From contig CDROCS010000882.1 of assembly GCA_977020255.1 (NCBI GenBank), positions 1-64,000 on the forward strand: 64,000 nucleotides of DNA. Reading direction: 5' to 3'. Positions within the stretch are counted from its first letter, which is position 1, and the number at the start of each line of letters is the position of its first letter. The notes beneath the pieces were generated by a model that searched no databases, had not been told where the DNA came from, and was given only the letters and a program-made list of their open reading frames with translations. A program made the position numbers and the translations under genes. Positions 1 to 10,482 of this stretch are shown one piece after another. This stretch comes from Obrimoposthia wandeli (lineage: Eukaryota).

Positions 1-215
1 TGGGCCAGTTTTTGATTGAGTAAATGTACCCAACCTTGCGTGGGTTTCATCCCATAACTGGCACTGATACTATCACCCAAGAGTAAAATATTAGTGGTGG
101 GTGTGATACTAATGTTGCTATCAACCGTATTGGTCTGTTTATCTTGTACAACTGCATTAGCTGAAGAGATAAAACATAAGCTAATGAATAATATAAAAAG
201 TGGATAATTTTTCAT
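1..215 (-). CDS. tesA: Arylesterase / acyl-CoA thioesterase I (GDSL/SGNH hydrolase), 5' part; runs off the window start
   Basis: Hand translation from CAT at 213-215 gives [21 protein letters not shown]...NILLLGDSISASYGMKPTQGWVHLLNQKLA: signal peptide plus GDS(L) block I, divergent from ybbA as in E. coli. Not in the ORF track. Confidence 0.9.
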   Translation of the reverse strand, partial: MKNYPLFILFISLCFISSANAVVQDKQTNTVDSNISITPTTNILLLGDSISASYGMKPTQGWVHLLNQKLA

Positions 216-1005
216 GCATGTAAATTCCGAGAGTATTCTAAGCGTTAAAAACCTAACTAAATCAGTGCAAGTTGAAGATAAAACGCTTGTTTTACTTCAA
301 CAGCTCGATTTAAACGTCGCAGCAGGTGAATCAATTGCTATTGTTGGCTCGTCTGGCTCAGGTAAAACAACATTATTATCTATTTTAGCCGGTTTAGACT
401 TACCAAGTTCTGGACAAGTGTATCTTAAAAACCAGCCTTTACACCAGTTTAATGAAGAGCAACGCAGTACCGTGCGTGCACAACATGTTGGTTTTATATT
501 TCAGCAGTTCCTATTAATTAACAGTTTAACGGCGCTTGAAAATGTCATGCTACCGGCAGAATTAGCAAACATGCCTGATGCGCAAACACGTGGCGAGGCG
601 TTACTTGCACAAGTTGGCTTAGCTGACCGATTAGATCATTACCCATCCCAACTTTCTGGAGGTGAGCAACAGCGCGTGGCTATTGCGCGGGCATTTATTG
701 CTGAGCCAGATATTTTATTTGCGGATGAGCCAACCGGTAACTTAGATAGTAAGACCGGACAGCATATTACCGATTTAATTTTTGATTTGAATGCCAAGCA
801 GGGAACAACACTCGTGCTGGTAACTCATGACGCAAAATTAGCGGCAAGATGTCAACGCCAAGTTGAAATGGACAGTGGCGTATTGACTGAAGCGGCAACG
901 GTAATGGCTACGTCATCAGAAAAAAAGTTAGAGGCTACTGATTTTGGCAATCAAGGCGTGCATAGCGACCTTGAGACAAAAACCTCAACGTCACAAGTAG
1001 GTTAA
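214..1005 (+). CDS. ybbA: ABC transporter ATP-binding protein (YbbA/LolD-like)
   Basis: Walker [10 protein letters not shown], signature LSGGEQQ, Walker [12 protein letters not shown]; lies between tesA and a YbbP-like permease. Confidence 0.92.
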   Translation: MHVNSESILSVKNLTKSVQVEDKTLVLLQQLDLNVAAGESIAIVGSSGSGKTTLLSILAGLDLPSSGQVYLKNQPLHQFNEEQRSTVRAQHVGFIFQQFLLINSLTALENVMLPAELANMPDAQTRGEALLAQVGLADRLDHYPSQLSGGEQQRVAIARAFIAEPDILFADEPTGNLDSKTGQHITDLIFDLNAKQGTTLVLVTHDAKLAARCQRQVEMDSGVLTEAATVMATSSEKKLEATDFGNQGVHSDLETKTSTSQVG

Positions 1006-1007
1006 TC

Positions 1008-3635
1008 ATGAGTCGTTTGAATAAAAAATCATCATCGATGTGGTTTAGGCAATCATTGCGTTTGTTGCATCATGAGTTACGCCGCGGTGAGCTCACCATC
1101 ATCTTTCTCGCGATTGTACTTGCCGTTGCAACGGTATTTTCACTGACCGGATTTTCTGGGCAAATTAAACATGCCATTGTTGCTAATAGTACCAATACTA
1201 TTGGCGCTGATCGCGTATTGCGTATGTCGTCAGAGGCCGACAGCAGTATTCTTGCAAAAAGCCAGGCATTAGCATTAAAGTCAGCACGAAAAATAGAAAC
1301 TGAGTCTATGGCTTTCGCTGGCGACAATATGTTATTGAGTGAGCTTAATGCTGTATCTGATAGTTACCCTTTACGGGGTGAGCTGAGAATAAAAACGTCA
1401 TTAACTCAGGCACAAAGCATGATTGCTAGTGCACCTGAAGTGGGTTCTGTTTGGGTTGAGCCTAGTGTGCTAAGCCGCTTGAACGTTAACATTGGCGACA
1501 TAATAGAAATTGGTGTTGCACCGTTAACGATAGCCGGTATTGTCACTGATATTCCTGATCGCTCTTACCGCGCTTTTATTGCAGGCCCTACGGTAATTTT
1601 AAATATTGCCGATATGCCAAAAACTGAACTTATTCAACCCGGTAGTCGCATCACTTATAAATACTTGTTTGCAGGTGACACCGATGCGATTGAAAGCTTT
1701 GAAAGCTGGATTAAACCACAAATTAACGAAGCTCAACGTTGGTATGATGCAAAAGCCGCGCAAAATCGTTTATCGAGAATATTAGATACCGCAGAAAAGT
1801 TTCTCTCGTTGGCGAGTATGTTGGGTATTGTTTTAGCGGCGGTAGCGGTAGCTGTCGCGAGTCGTCGTTATGGTCAACGTCATCAATCAACCGTATCAGT
1901 GTTTAAAGCTCTTGGCGCTTCTATTTCTCATGTTAGAAAACTGTACACCCTACATTGGACTCTATTAAGCTGTATCAGCATTGCGGTAGGGTTATTGGTT
2001 GGCTACGGGCTAATGTTACTTGGGGTAAATGCCATTGCGAGCTATTTATCGTTGGATGACGCGCCATTGACCTTCGAGCCATTTTTAACAGCAATATTTA
2101 CCGGCTTATTATGCGCCATCGCTTTTGCTATTCATCCCATTATGTTGCTGGTGAAAAGCTCGCCATTAAATGTTATTCGCGGTTTTAGCCAAGAGAAAGT
2201 CGCACGTTTTGGTTGGCATCAATTGCCGCCAGTATTAGCCTTATTTGTATTGTTGTTTATTTTTAGTCAAGACCTTGTTATGAGTGCTGCGTTGTTGCTC
2301 GGTGGTGTAATTGTTTCCTTCATTTTGTTGTTATTTGGTCAAGGTTTGATGAGTGCAGGGCGCAGTGTTGGTACTAAAGCTGGAAAGTCTTGGCATCTAG
2401 CACTAGCGAATTTAAAACGTCGTGCTAGCGAAAACAGCGTGCAACTGGTCAGCTTTACGATTGCCATAAAGCTATTGCTTCTGATCACAGTAATGAAAAG
2501 TTCGATATTGTCGGAATGGGAACAACAATTCCCAGAAGATACCCCTAATCATTATTTGATTAATATTACCCATGATCAAATTGAGCCGTTAAAGCAGTTT
2601 GCCCATGAGAATAATATTGCCAATCAAGGCTTTTATAGTATTTATCGTGGTCGTTTGTCAGCAATAAATGGTGAAAAAACGGTAAAAGACGAGGACGGTA
2701 GTGCTGAACAAAACGTTCAACAAGACTCCGAGCAAAATGGCAACCAAAATACTGAGCAGAATGCTGAAACTAAAAGCACTGATAGCAAAAAGGCTAAGTC
2801 AAACGCTAGTGAGCGCCAAGGTCGACAAGGCATAGGGCGAGAGCTAGGCCTTACTTGGCGAGCAGATTTACCACCAGATAATGAGATAATAGCAGGCAGT
2901 TGGTGGCAAGCTGATGATAGTAAAGGTCAAATATCGATTGAAAGTGGCGTTGCTGAACGCTTAGACATTAAATTAGGCGATGAGCTAACCTTTACCATTG
3001 GGTCAGATGAGTTTAGCGTGCCGGTCACGAGTATTCGTGAAGTAAACTGGCAAAGCCGTCAATTGAATTTCTTTATGATTTTCAATCAAGCGGTGTTAGA
3101 GAAGTTTCCAACCACGGCTATTTCAGCGTGGACGGTATCAGATCAAGACCGTGATTTAGTCTATCGTTTCATGGCGAATTACCCGACCATTACCTTAATG
3201 GATTTTGCCGCTATTATGGAACAGCTTAATGGTATTATTGAGCAAGTATCTGTTGCGATACAGTTGATCTTAATTCTGGTTGTTCTTGCTGGCTGCTTGG
3301 TCTTAGTTGCCCAAGTACAAGCGAGTATGGAAGAAAGAGAGCGTGAATTGGCAATATTAAGAACCTTGGGTGCTAAAGGTAGCTTACTTCGCAACAGTGT
3401 GTTGTACGAGTTTGTCGCCTTAGGGGCCATTGCGGGTTTAATGGCAAGCATCGGTATGGAAATCGCCGTTTATATTTTACAAAGCCAAGTGTTTAACATG
3501 GCAGGCAGCTTCCATTTTCAGTATTGGTTAGTCGGCATAGGTGCAGGCGCACTTTTCGTTGGCACCATTGGTATGCTCAGTTGCTGGCGTTTATTGAATT
3601 TATCAAGCGTGACGTTGATTCGACGTACGATGTAA
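1008..3635 (+). CDS. ybbP: ABC transporter permease, FtsX/MacB-like (YbbP)
   Basis: 875 aa with two periplasmic domains and two TM blocks; ERERELAILRTLGA motif; operonic with ybbA. Confidence 0.88.
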   Translation: MSRLNKKSSSMWFRQSLRLLHHELRRGELTIIFLAIVLAVATVFSLTGFSGQIKHAIVANSTNTIGADRVLRMSSEADSSILAKSQALALKSARKIETESMAFAGDNMLLSELNAVSDSYPLRGELRIKTSLTQAQSMIASAPEVGSVWVEPSVLSRLNVNIGDIIEIGVAPLTIAGIVTDIPDRSYRAFIAGPTVILNIADMPKTELIQPGSRITYKYLFAGDTDAIESFESWIKPQINEAQRWYDAKAAQNRLSRILDTAEKFLSLASMLGIVLAAVAVAVASRRYGQRHQSTVSVFKALGASISHVRKLYTLHWTLLSCISIAVGLLVGYGLMLLGVNAIASYLSLDDAPLTFEPFLTAIFTGLLCAIAFAIHPIMLLVKSSPLNVIRGFSQEKVARFGWHQLPPVLALFVLLFIFSQDLVMSAALLLGGVIVSFILLLFGQGLMSAGRSVGTKAGKSWHLALANLKRRASENSVQLVSFTIAIKLLLLITVMKSSILSEWEQQFPEDTPNHYLINITHDQIEPLKQFAHENNIANQGFYSIYRGRLSAINGEKTVKDEDGSAEQNVQQDSEQNGNQNTEQNAETKSTDSKKAKSNASERQGRQGIGRELGLTWRADLPPDNEIIAGSWWQADDSKGQISIESGVAERLDIKLGDELTFTIGSDEFSVPVTSIREVNWQSRQLNFFMIFNQAVLEKFPTTAISAWTVSDQDRDLVYRFMANYPTITLMDFAAIMEQLNGIIEQVSVAIQLILILVVLAGCLVLVAQVQASMEERERELAILRTLGAKGSLLRNSVLYEFVALGAIAGLMASIGMEIAVYILQSQVFNMAGSFHFQYWLVGIGAGALFVGTIGMLSCWRLLNLSSVTLIRRTM

Positions 3636-3737
3636 ATTGTTGCCAAGTTGTTAGCCAATCATATCGAGTTTGAGCACTATTGGGGTGTTAACACTAACGA
3701 GCATGATATAAAATCAGGTATAGTTTTAATAACTTAC

Positions 3738-3766
3738 CCCGTGGCATTGAGATTAAATGCCACGGG
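3738..3766. terminator. Hairpin downstream of ybbP, probable terminator
   Basis: CCCGTGGCATT / AATGCCACGGG 11-bp stem; no strong U tract. Confidence 0.55.
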
Positions 3767-3969
3767 CTCTATTTAATTAGACTGCTATTCACTTGCTATC
3801 GTATTAATCAATTGCTTTGTTATTGAACATTATTAACGCTAAAAATAGATCATTAATTTAGTGTGATTGCTATAAGTCAAAAGATTAAACAAGCGTATTA
3901 TTTTAAGTAAGCACATTCTTTATTCAGGCAACTTTGCTCTGAAGAATGTGTTTTTATAAAGGGTTAAAA

Positions 3970-5007
3970 ATGGTTTTACAAGGAAAGACTGACGGCGCAG
4001 TGAAATTTTTGTTAGTCACCGCAGCATTATTTGTTGTACTGGCAGGGATAAAAACGGCAGCCACATTATTAGTGCCATTTTTACTCTCGGCATTCATCGC
4101 TATTATTTGTAACCCCTTGGTCGTTAAGGCGGCACAATACAAAATACCTAAGCCAATAGCGGTTATTTTTGTCATCGTTATTTTTGTTTCTATTGCTTTG
4201 TCGCTGGCTGGTTTAGTTGGTAACTCGTTAAATGAGCTCTCTGAGCTTATTCCTGAGTATCGCGCGCAGTTACAAGAGCAATTTGTCTGGTTGACTCAGC
4301 AACTTGATGCCTACAATATTAAAATATCGTCAGATTTGTTGATTGAATACTTTGATCCTTCAGCAGCCATGGGCCTAGCGGCCAACATGCTCAGCGGTTT
4401 AGGTGGCGTGATGGCTAATTTATTTTTAATTATTATCACCGTTATTTTTATGTTGTTTGAAGCGTCATCTGTACCACATAAATTGCATTTAGCACTTGAT
4501 GACCCTCAAGCGAGATTAAAGCAAATTGACCGATTTTTAACCTCGGTGAATAACTATCTCGCCATTAAAACCTTAGTTAGTATCGCCACCGGTGTTATTG
4601 TTTCAATTATGCTGTGGGCATTTGGTTTAGACTTTTTCTTATTGTGGGGCGTATTAGCTTTTTTACTTAATTACATCCCTAATATTGGTTCAATTATCGC
4701 CGCTGTGCCTGCTATGTCGTTAGCACTATTACAATTAGGGCCTGCAGCCGCCGGTTTTATTGGTTTGGGTTATTTAACCATAAATACCGTGATGGGCAAT
4801 GTGGTTGAACCGCGTTATTTAGGTCGAGGTCTTGGCCTTTCAACCTTAGTGGTATTTATTTCATTAATATTTTGGGGCTGGTTATTAGGTACTGTGGGTA
4901 TGTTGTTGTCAGTGCCATTAACTATGATCATCAAAATAGCGCTAGAAAACTCAGCTGAAGGCAGTTGGTTTGCGGTGTTATTATCTAGTGAAGAAGAAGC
5001 GTCGTAA
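3970..5007 (+). CDS. AI-2E family transporter (YhhT/TqsA-like)
   Basis: Multi-TM; LAFLLNYIPNIGS and VEPRYLGRGLGLS motifs. ATG 3970 preferred over 3946. Confidence 0.88.
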   Translation: MVLQGKTDGAVKFLLVTAALFVVLAGIKTAATLLVPFLLSAFIAIICNPLVVKAAQYKIPKPIAVIFVIVIFVSIALSLAGLVGNSLNELSELIPEYRAQLQEQFVWLTQQLDAYNIKISSDLLIEYFDPSAAMGLAANMLSGLGGVMANLFLIIITVIFMLFEASSVPHKLHLALDDPQARLKQIDRFLTSVNNYLAIKTLVSIATGVIVSIMLWAFGLDFFLLWGVLAFLLNYIPNIGSIIAAVPAMSLALLQLGPAAAGFIGLGYLTINTVMGNVVEPRYLGRGLGLSTLVVFISLIFWGWLLGTVGMLLSVPLTMIIKIALENSAEGSWFAVLLSSEEEAS

Positions 5008-5075
5008 TTGGTTAGTTTGTTAGTAGAACTTAATAATTAAACGTTAGTATAAAATATAGTTATCGTATTAATATT

Positions 5076-5099
5076 AAAGGGAAGGCGACTTCCCTTTTT
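5076..5099 (+). terminator. Rho-independent terminator
   Basis: AAAGGGAAG-GCGA-CTTCCCTTT followed by T run. Confidence 0.75.
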
Positions 5100-5359
5100 A
5101 TTAGTAAAATAAAATGTAGGGTTTTTTCTAGCTTCAGCTTTACCGTTATTAAACCTTCGTAACTGCTGCGCTAATGCTTAACTATCTTGTGATACTGGTA
5201 CTTGTGTATCACAAGATTGAAACGTTTATGCTCAGCTAAACATCTTACACTTTCTGACATTAAGCGTACGCTAACTGACAATATCGTTACTGAATTACAC
5301 ACCTGCTTTGTTTATTCTGGGTTTTATAATTACTGATATCCTACAAGAGCAAATAAAGC

Positions 5360-5986
5360 ATGTTGATGTTAAGAAAAAACAATCATGGTCAAGCAGTCAC
5401 CATACCATTTAAAAAGTACTTAATATTGGCATCATTAACCATTTTAGTGTGCTCAACTTTTGGTGTTAACGCTTTTGAAAGTCCAAAATTTGGTTTGTTT
5501 GTCAAAAATGAAATTAATGGCGATGATCATATTTCGGGTCTTGGCGCTGAAATGTGGTTTACCAGTAAAAATTCAAATTTTGGTGCGGCTATTTTAACGT
5601 CTATTGGCCATGCCACGGTAACTGATAGAGAAAAAGAGCAACATGATTATTTAGCTTGGGAAGCCGGTTTAAAGTTAGGTTATTTCTCTGATGTTTTTGC
5701 TTATGCTGAAGTGGGCTTTGATATTGGCGAATTAGTGCTACAAGACCGCAATGAAGATGATGAGTACCGCATTTATCATGGCGACAAAGATAATGACTTT
5801 GTCGCAACTAATCGCCGACGTTATGATGACGCTAATAACATTGATGGTTATGTCGGTGTTGGCGCTGGAATTAAGTTTGAGCATATTCAGATTGAAGCGT
5901 TTACACGCTTAAGACAAATTGATGGCGAGTATTGGAAAGCAGATAATCAAGCATTCACTGGCGCTAAATTATCTGTCGTATTTTAA
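5360..5986 (+). CDS. Hypothetical exported protein, probable small outer-membrane beta-barrel
   Basis: Signal-like N-terminus, alternating beta-strand pattern, C-terminal Phe (AKLSVVF). Confidence 0.6.
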   Translation: MLMLRKNNHGQAVTIPFKKYLILASLTILVCSTFGVNAFESPKFGLFVKNEINGDDHISGLGAEMWFTSKNSNFGAAILTSIGHATVTDREKEQHDYLAWEAGLKLGYFSDVFAYAEVGFDIGELVLQDRNEDDEYRIYHGDKDNDFVATNRRRYDDANNIDGYVGVGAGIKFEHIQIEAFTRLRQIDGEYWKADNQAFTGAKLSVVF

Positions 5987-6140
5987 ATTGATTGATCACA
6001 TGTAAACTGAAACTGAAATGAGATTTTAACGTCTTAATGACTAAGCTCAATGACGTAACTTGTGCCTAGGATGCGTCATCATTGCTTATAAAATCACCTT
6101 AACTTTTTTTGCTGTAACTCAATCGAGCATAAACTTTTAA

Positions 6141-6617
6141 TTAGCTTGGCTTTTTGCCGATTTTAAAGTAACCCGTTGACAGAAATTGTACAGCTTCGCT
6201 GCGTTTTTTAGCGATTAAAATAGCGCCATCATCCATAAATAGAAAGTTCTTCCAGCAACGTTGAAAAACAGCCCACGTGGTTTCGATAACATTATTACGC
6301 GCGCTGCAATAATAAACTACCGTGTTATTGTCCCATTGCAGATGGGCTGAAATCATTTCGGGCAACGCTGACTCTTCACTATCCCAAATGCCTTCCCATT
6401 TACCGTTATCCGTCCAAGATGTGGTGTTTTCTGGCCAATCACCTTTTTTAAAAAAATCAGGGTGATCAACTTGTTTACTAATAGCACCATCCCAAAGTAC
6501 CTTCGCACGTTGACTTGCCATAGGTTTTATTTTTGCACTGTCGCTATCACTAATAGGTAAGCTTTTGTGTTTGAAGATCCAGGCATTTTTTAATTCATCA
6601 ATCGATGTGTAATTCAT
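6141..6617 (-). CDS. Conserved hypothetical protein (DUF2947-like)
   Basis: 158-aa Trp-rich ORF; motifs WIFKHKSLP and WKNFLFMDDG recalled from this family. Confidence 0.7.
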   Translation of the reverse strand: MNYTSIDELKNAWIFKHKSLPISDSDSAKIKPMASQRAKVLWDGAISKQVDHPDFFKKGDWPENTTSWTDNGKWEGIWDSEESALPEMISAHLQWDNNTVVYYCSARNNVIETTWAVFQRCWKNFLFMDDGAILIAKKRSEAVQFLSTGYFKIGKKPS

Positions 6618-7228
6618 AGTGATTTATTGCTGACTTTAATTTTAGTTTTACTAGGAATGCCATTGTCTCATTATTTTACTTAAATTTGCAGGTTATAAAA
6701 TGAAAAATACCGTTAAAGCAATAGATAATTGATATTTCCCAGTAGCCAAATACAGTTTTAGCTAGCAGGGTTGTTTATGTGGCTTATTTTGGGACTCATC
6801 GGTAAGAAATTAATTAGTGTCAGTACTTATTGTCTAACAGGTGTTAAAGCAAATGCAGGTGTGTAGCAGTTAAGTATTTGAAGAATTCGATGAAGTTAAA
6901 ATTTTTTATAACGCAGTATTATCAATATCATGAAGCGCAGCGGCTTTGGCAAAGGAGTCTGTATAATAATATCAAGAAATAGGGTTCATTGAGTGTGGCA
7001 ATCATCTTTCGTCCAAACTTGAAAGCGTATGGCAACGGCAATAATGAGAAGATTAAAAAGAGATCAAGTCATCTGCCAAATATTTTAATAACAAAAAATC
7101 ACGATATAAATCAAATTGCTTCTGTAGGATGAAATAATAACGTTTGGATAATTATGGTTACTGTTTAAGTAAAAAAAATATGAGATAATTTCCTTATATT
7201 TATTAATTTATCTCTAAAGGAAGTGATA

Positions 7229-7852
7229 GTGCTTGCTAACTCGATAGTCGTACTCGATTTTGAAACCACGGGGCTATCTCCGGACCAAGGTGACCGAGCC
7301 ATTGAAATTGGTGCTGTAAAACTTGAAAATGGTATTATTACTGATCGCTTTCAAGCGCTAATGAACCCCGGTCGACGTATTAATAGTTTTATTGAAGGTT
7401 ATACTGGCATTAATAACCGTATGCTCGCTGTTGCATCGTCTTGTGCGAAAGTGATGACTGACTTCCATGGCTTTATTGGCGACAATAATTTACTTGCCCA
7501 TAATGCCTCTTTTGACTCTCGATTTCTTGATGCTGAATTTTCCCGTTTAGGTCAACAGGTACTGGGCGAATTTACCTGTTCGTTATTACTCTCACGTCGT
7601 ATTTACCAAGATGCGCCTAATCATAAGCTAGGCACCTTAATCAATTATAAGAATATTGCTGTCGATGGAAGTTTTCATCGGGCATTATTCGATGCAGAAA
7701 TGACAGCTGAATTATGGTTGGTTATGTTGGACGATCTCAGTGAACGATACGGCTTAGAGAATATTCCTTTTAGCTTGATAAAACGTTTAGTAAAAACACC
7801 AAAAGCGAAAATAGATAAATTATTAACAAGTTACGCCGCCAAGGTTAGTTAG
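7229..7852 (+). CDS. DEDDh 3'-5' exonuclease (DNA polymerase III epsilon-like)
   Basis: ExoI DFETTG, ExoII AHNASFD, ExoIII HRALFDA; GTG 7229 is suitably spaced from AAGGA. Confidence 0.9.
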   Translation: MLANSIVVLDFETTGLSPDQGDRAIEIGAVKLENGIITDRFQALMNPGRRINSFIEGYTGINNRMLAVASSCAKVMTDFHGFIGDNNLLAHNASFDSRFLDAEFSRLGQQVLGEFTCSLLLSRRIYQDAPNHKLGTLINYKNIAVDGSFHRALFDAEMTAELWLVMLDDLSERYGLENIPFSLIKRLVKTPKAKIDKLLTSYAAKVS

Positions 7853-8019
7853 TGGTTAAAGTACACAACGGGCAAACTAATATTTAATATACTGCGTGCA
7901 ATCTTGATTGTTATTTTTCGCATCGTTTTTAGTTCGACTTTTTTCTAAACCACGATTACTTTCTGCAGCGATGACGGTCTTGAATGCAAAAAGAATGACT
8001 TATTAAGGTTTTATTTGTT

Positions 8020-9024
8020 ATGAATATTGAAACATCAAAGCTTACACCGAAGCCTTCATCAAAGGCTATATCGAAGCCAACACGCGAATCAACAAAATTG
8101 ACCAGCACTGAGCTGACAAAATTTCGCTATAGCGCTGATGGTCGTGTATTACAACGTGATCATGTCATTATCGAACAGCCACTACAAATACGTTTATGCT
8201 GGCAAGCATCAGTAAATGTTGAGTACGAAAGCCAAATATTTTCCATTACGATGCGAACACCGGGTGACGACAAGGCATTAATCATTGGTTTAATGCAGTC
8301 AGAAGGTATTATTGAGCATTACCAACAACTTGACAGTGTGTTACCTGAAATTGACGGTTCTGAAATGGGCGATCTTGTTATGGATGATTATCTAGAAGAT
8401 ATTCATCAAAATGAGCACGAAAGTTCAACTGTGATTGAAAATCAATGGCAAGTGAAATTGGCCTGCGGCGTTCTACCCGATATCAAGTCACTTGAGCGCT
8501 TCCAAGTGACTTATAGCAGCTTTGTAGCCTGCAATGACTACAACGCGTCATTAAAGTCATTGGAAATGAAGAACCCACCGCGCTTAAATCAGCATAAAGA
8601 TTGGTTATCATTTAAGACTATTTGTGCCATGCCAAATATAATGCGCTTGGCGCAATCTCAGTTCGTTAAAACAGGGGGCTCACATGCTGCTGCGTTATTT
8701 GATGAACTAGGTCAGTTGATGTGCATTAAAGAAGATATTGGTCGGCATAATGCTCTAGATAAGTTGTTTGGTGCTAGTTTAATTCAGCAAGATATTCGTG
8801 GTTCAAAATGTAGTGTCTTAGTCAGTGGGCGGATTAGTTTTGAAATTGTCCAAAAAACGGTGATGGCTGGCGTCGCGGTATTAATCGCTGTAGGAGCACC
8901 GTCTGAACTAGCGATAGTTTCAGCCAAACGTTTTGATTTAACCTTGATCGGTTTCACTAAAGAAAGTGGTTTTAACTTATATCATGGCGATTGGCGGCTG
9001 AAGCCTTTTCCAAAACCGACTTAA
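8020..9024 (+). CDS. fdhD: Formate dehydrogenase accessory sulfurtransferase FdhD with altered Cys loop
   Basis: TMRTPG, TGGSHAAAL, EDIGRHNALDKL, SGRISFE and AVGAPS motifs; expected SSCGxCG reads SSFVACN. Confidence 0.88.
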   Translation: MNIETSKLTPKPSSKAISKPTRESTKLTSTELTKFRYSADGRVLQRDHVIIEQPLQIRLCWQASVNVEYESQIFSITMRTPGDDKALIIGLMQSEGIIEHYQQLDSVLPEIDGSEMGDLVMDDYLEDIHQNEHESSTVIENQWQVKLACGVLPDIKSLERFQVTYSSFVACNDYNASLKSLEMKNPPRLNQHKDWLSFKTICAMPNIMRLAQSQFVKTGGSHAAALFDELGQLMCIKEDIGRHNALDKLFGASLIQQDIRGSKCSVLVSGRISFEIVQKTVMAGVAVLIAVGAPSELAIVSAKRFDLTLIGFTKESGFNLYHGDWRLKPFPKPT

Positions 9025-9173
9025 AATGCTGTTTACGGCTCCAAGTGCATATTAATTGAGGGTACTCGATAATAATGAGGTTTATCACAGGTAATTATTG
9101 TACTTAATGGACTAAGACTCATCATGATAAGTTAGTGAACTATTTTAGCATGAATACATGTGCAATAGCGGGG

Positions 9174-9243
9174 CACTTGCTTGATTCTTACATGAGTGTA
9201 GCTAGTGTATAATATCGAAGCATACTGACGAGTAATAGCGGGC
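9174..9243 (-). repeat. Degenerate core fragment of repeat family 2 (ERIC-like)
   Basis: Reverse complement contains GCCCGCTATTACTCGTCAGTATGC and CATGTAAGAATCAAGCAAG, matching internal parts of the copies at 22356 and 42260. Confidence 0.65.
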
Positions 9244-9348
9244 CATTGCCCAACTGTACACCTTGAACTTGAACCTTTATCTTCATTGAATAAAGAGCAA
9301 AATTTGCTTCGTTTGGGGTAAATGCTGTTTTGAATCTCGTCAGTATAA

Positions 9349-9756
9349 TTATGTTACGGTTTCACTACTATTTATAATGGTTAGCTGCTCATTAAGCCAT
9401 TTGATTGCACTGGCTCGACCAAGATTTAGCCCTGAAAACTCTTTCATATTTAAATTATCAATGCGACGAACGTTCTTTAAATCAGTGGTTTGCTGCTCAC
9501 TTTCAGCTCCGTAGCTAATAATAGCGGTTGCTTTTTGGTTTTCTGCTGAGGCTATGGTTAAGAGCGCTTCAAATGCATAACGATAATTATTTATCTTGTT
9601 GACTAAAATAGCATAGTTTCCTGAGAAATTTTGTGCCATCACTGCATCGTATTCATCAACTATTTCTAGGGTGATCTCTACATTTTCATCGACAATAATC
9701 TCAGCAATGTTTGCCGATAGAATATTAATAAGGCCAAAGCTAGTGGTTATTTTCAT
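9349..9756 (-). CDS. Hypothetical protein, STAS/SEC14 (SpoIIAA-like) type
   Basis: 135 aa alpha/beta pattern ending in A-x-x-W-L; similar in style to 52382..52816. Confidence 0.55.
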   Translation of the reverse strand: MKITTSFGLINILSANIAEIIVDENVEITLEIVDEYDAVMAQNFSGNYAILVNKINNYRYAFEALLTIASAENQKATAIISYGAESEQQTTDLKNVRRIDNLNMKEFSGLNLGRASAIKWLNEQLTIINSSETVT

Positions 9757-10482
9757 ATGATCATTAGTTCCTATAGCTAATTTTTTAAGTCCTATTACTT
9801 CGCACTACAACAATGTAACTTTAAGCGTAGTTATAAAAATAGGTAATTTATCTGTTATTACCAATTATTGTATAAAATATGCTTTATCAGCAAGCAAATA
9901 GAAATAAGAATTGTTTCAAGTTTGTATCTGATCGGACCAGGGCCATTAAGACAAGTAAATATTTAGCAAACTCTCTTTATTTTGATATCAAGTTGGCTTT
10001 CTGGATTACTCACATTAGTCATTTTTTGAGAAATAGAACCAAGGTGAAATATAGTCAATAATCACTCTACTTACGTTAAATTAATGACAGATATTTTTAT
10101 TCTGTTGCATGCTGAAATAGACAAAAGCAAGCCATGATGTATGTTTAAGTGCCTTTGCATAGTAAGTTCAAACACCGCTTGTAAAATGACCAGATGTCAT
10201 TGATATTAATTTCATGGCGAATGGCTAAATATTTACTGAAATGATAGAAAACATTGTGCTTAGGGAGATTTATCCTAAGATGATTTGTAATGAAAAATCA
10301 GAAAGTAGTTTTCAGTAGAAGGACTTATGAACAAAAGTGTAGAGTTCAGTTATGTCAAATTGATAGACATAACAGGTAGAAAATAGTTGGTAAAAATTTC
10401 AGGTAAATATGAACAATAGAATAATTTACATTAAACAGTTTCATTGTGATTAATAGATTGAGCAACACGTTATTTAATTCTA

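Noticed and set aside
9150-9164. ATGAATACATGTGCA, similar to the candidate starch operator
   Set aside because: Two mismatches break the central CG palindrome, and no carbohydrate gene is adjacent.
9879-10061. 60-aa ORF in an AT-rich spacer (also 17745..17951, 22375..22569 and 59860..60087)
   Set aside because: No RBS or family motif, low-complexity composition or overlap with repeats; probably chance ORFs.
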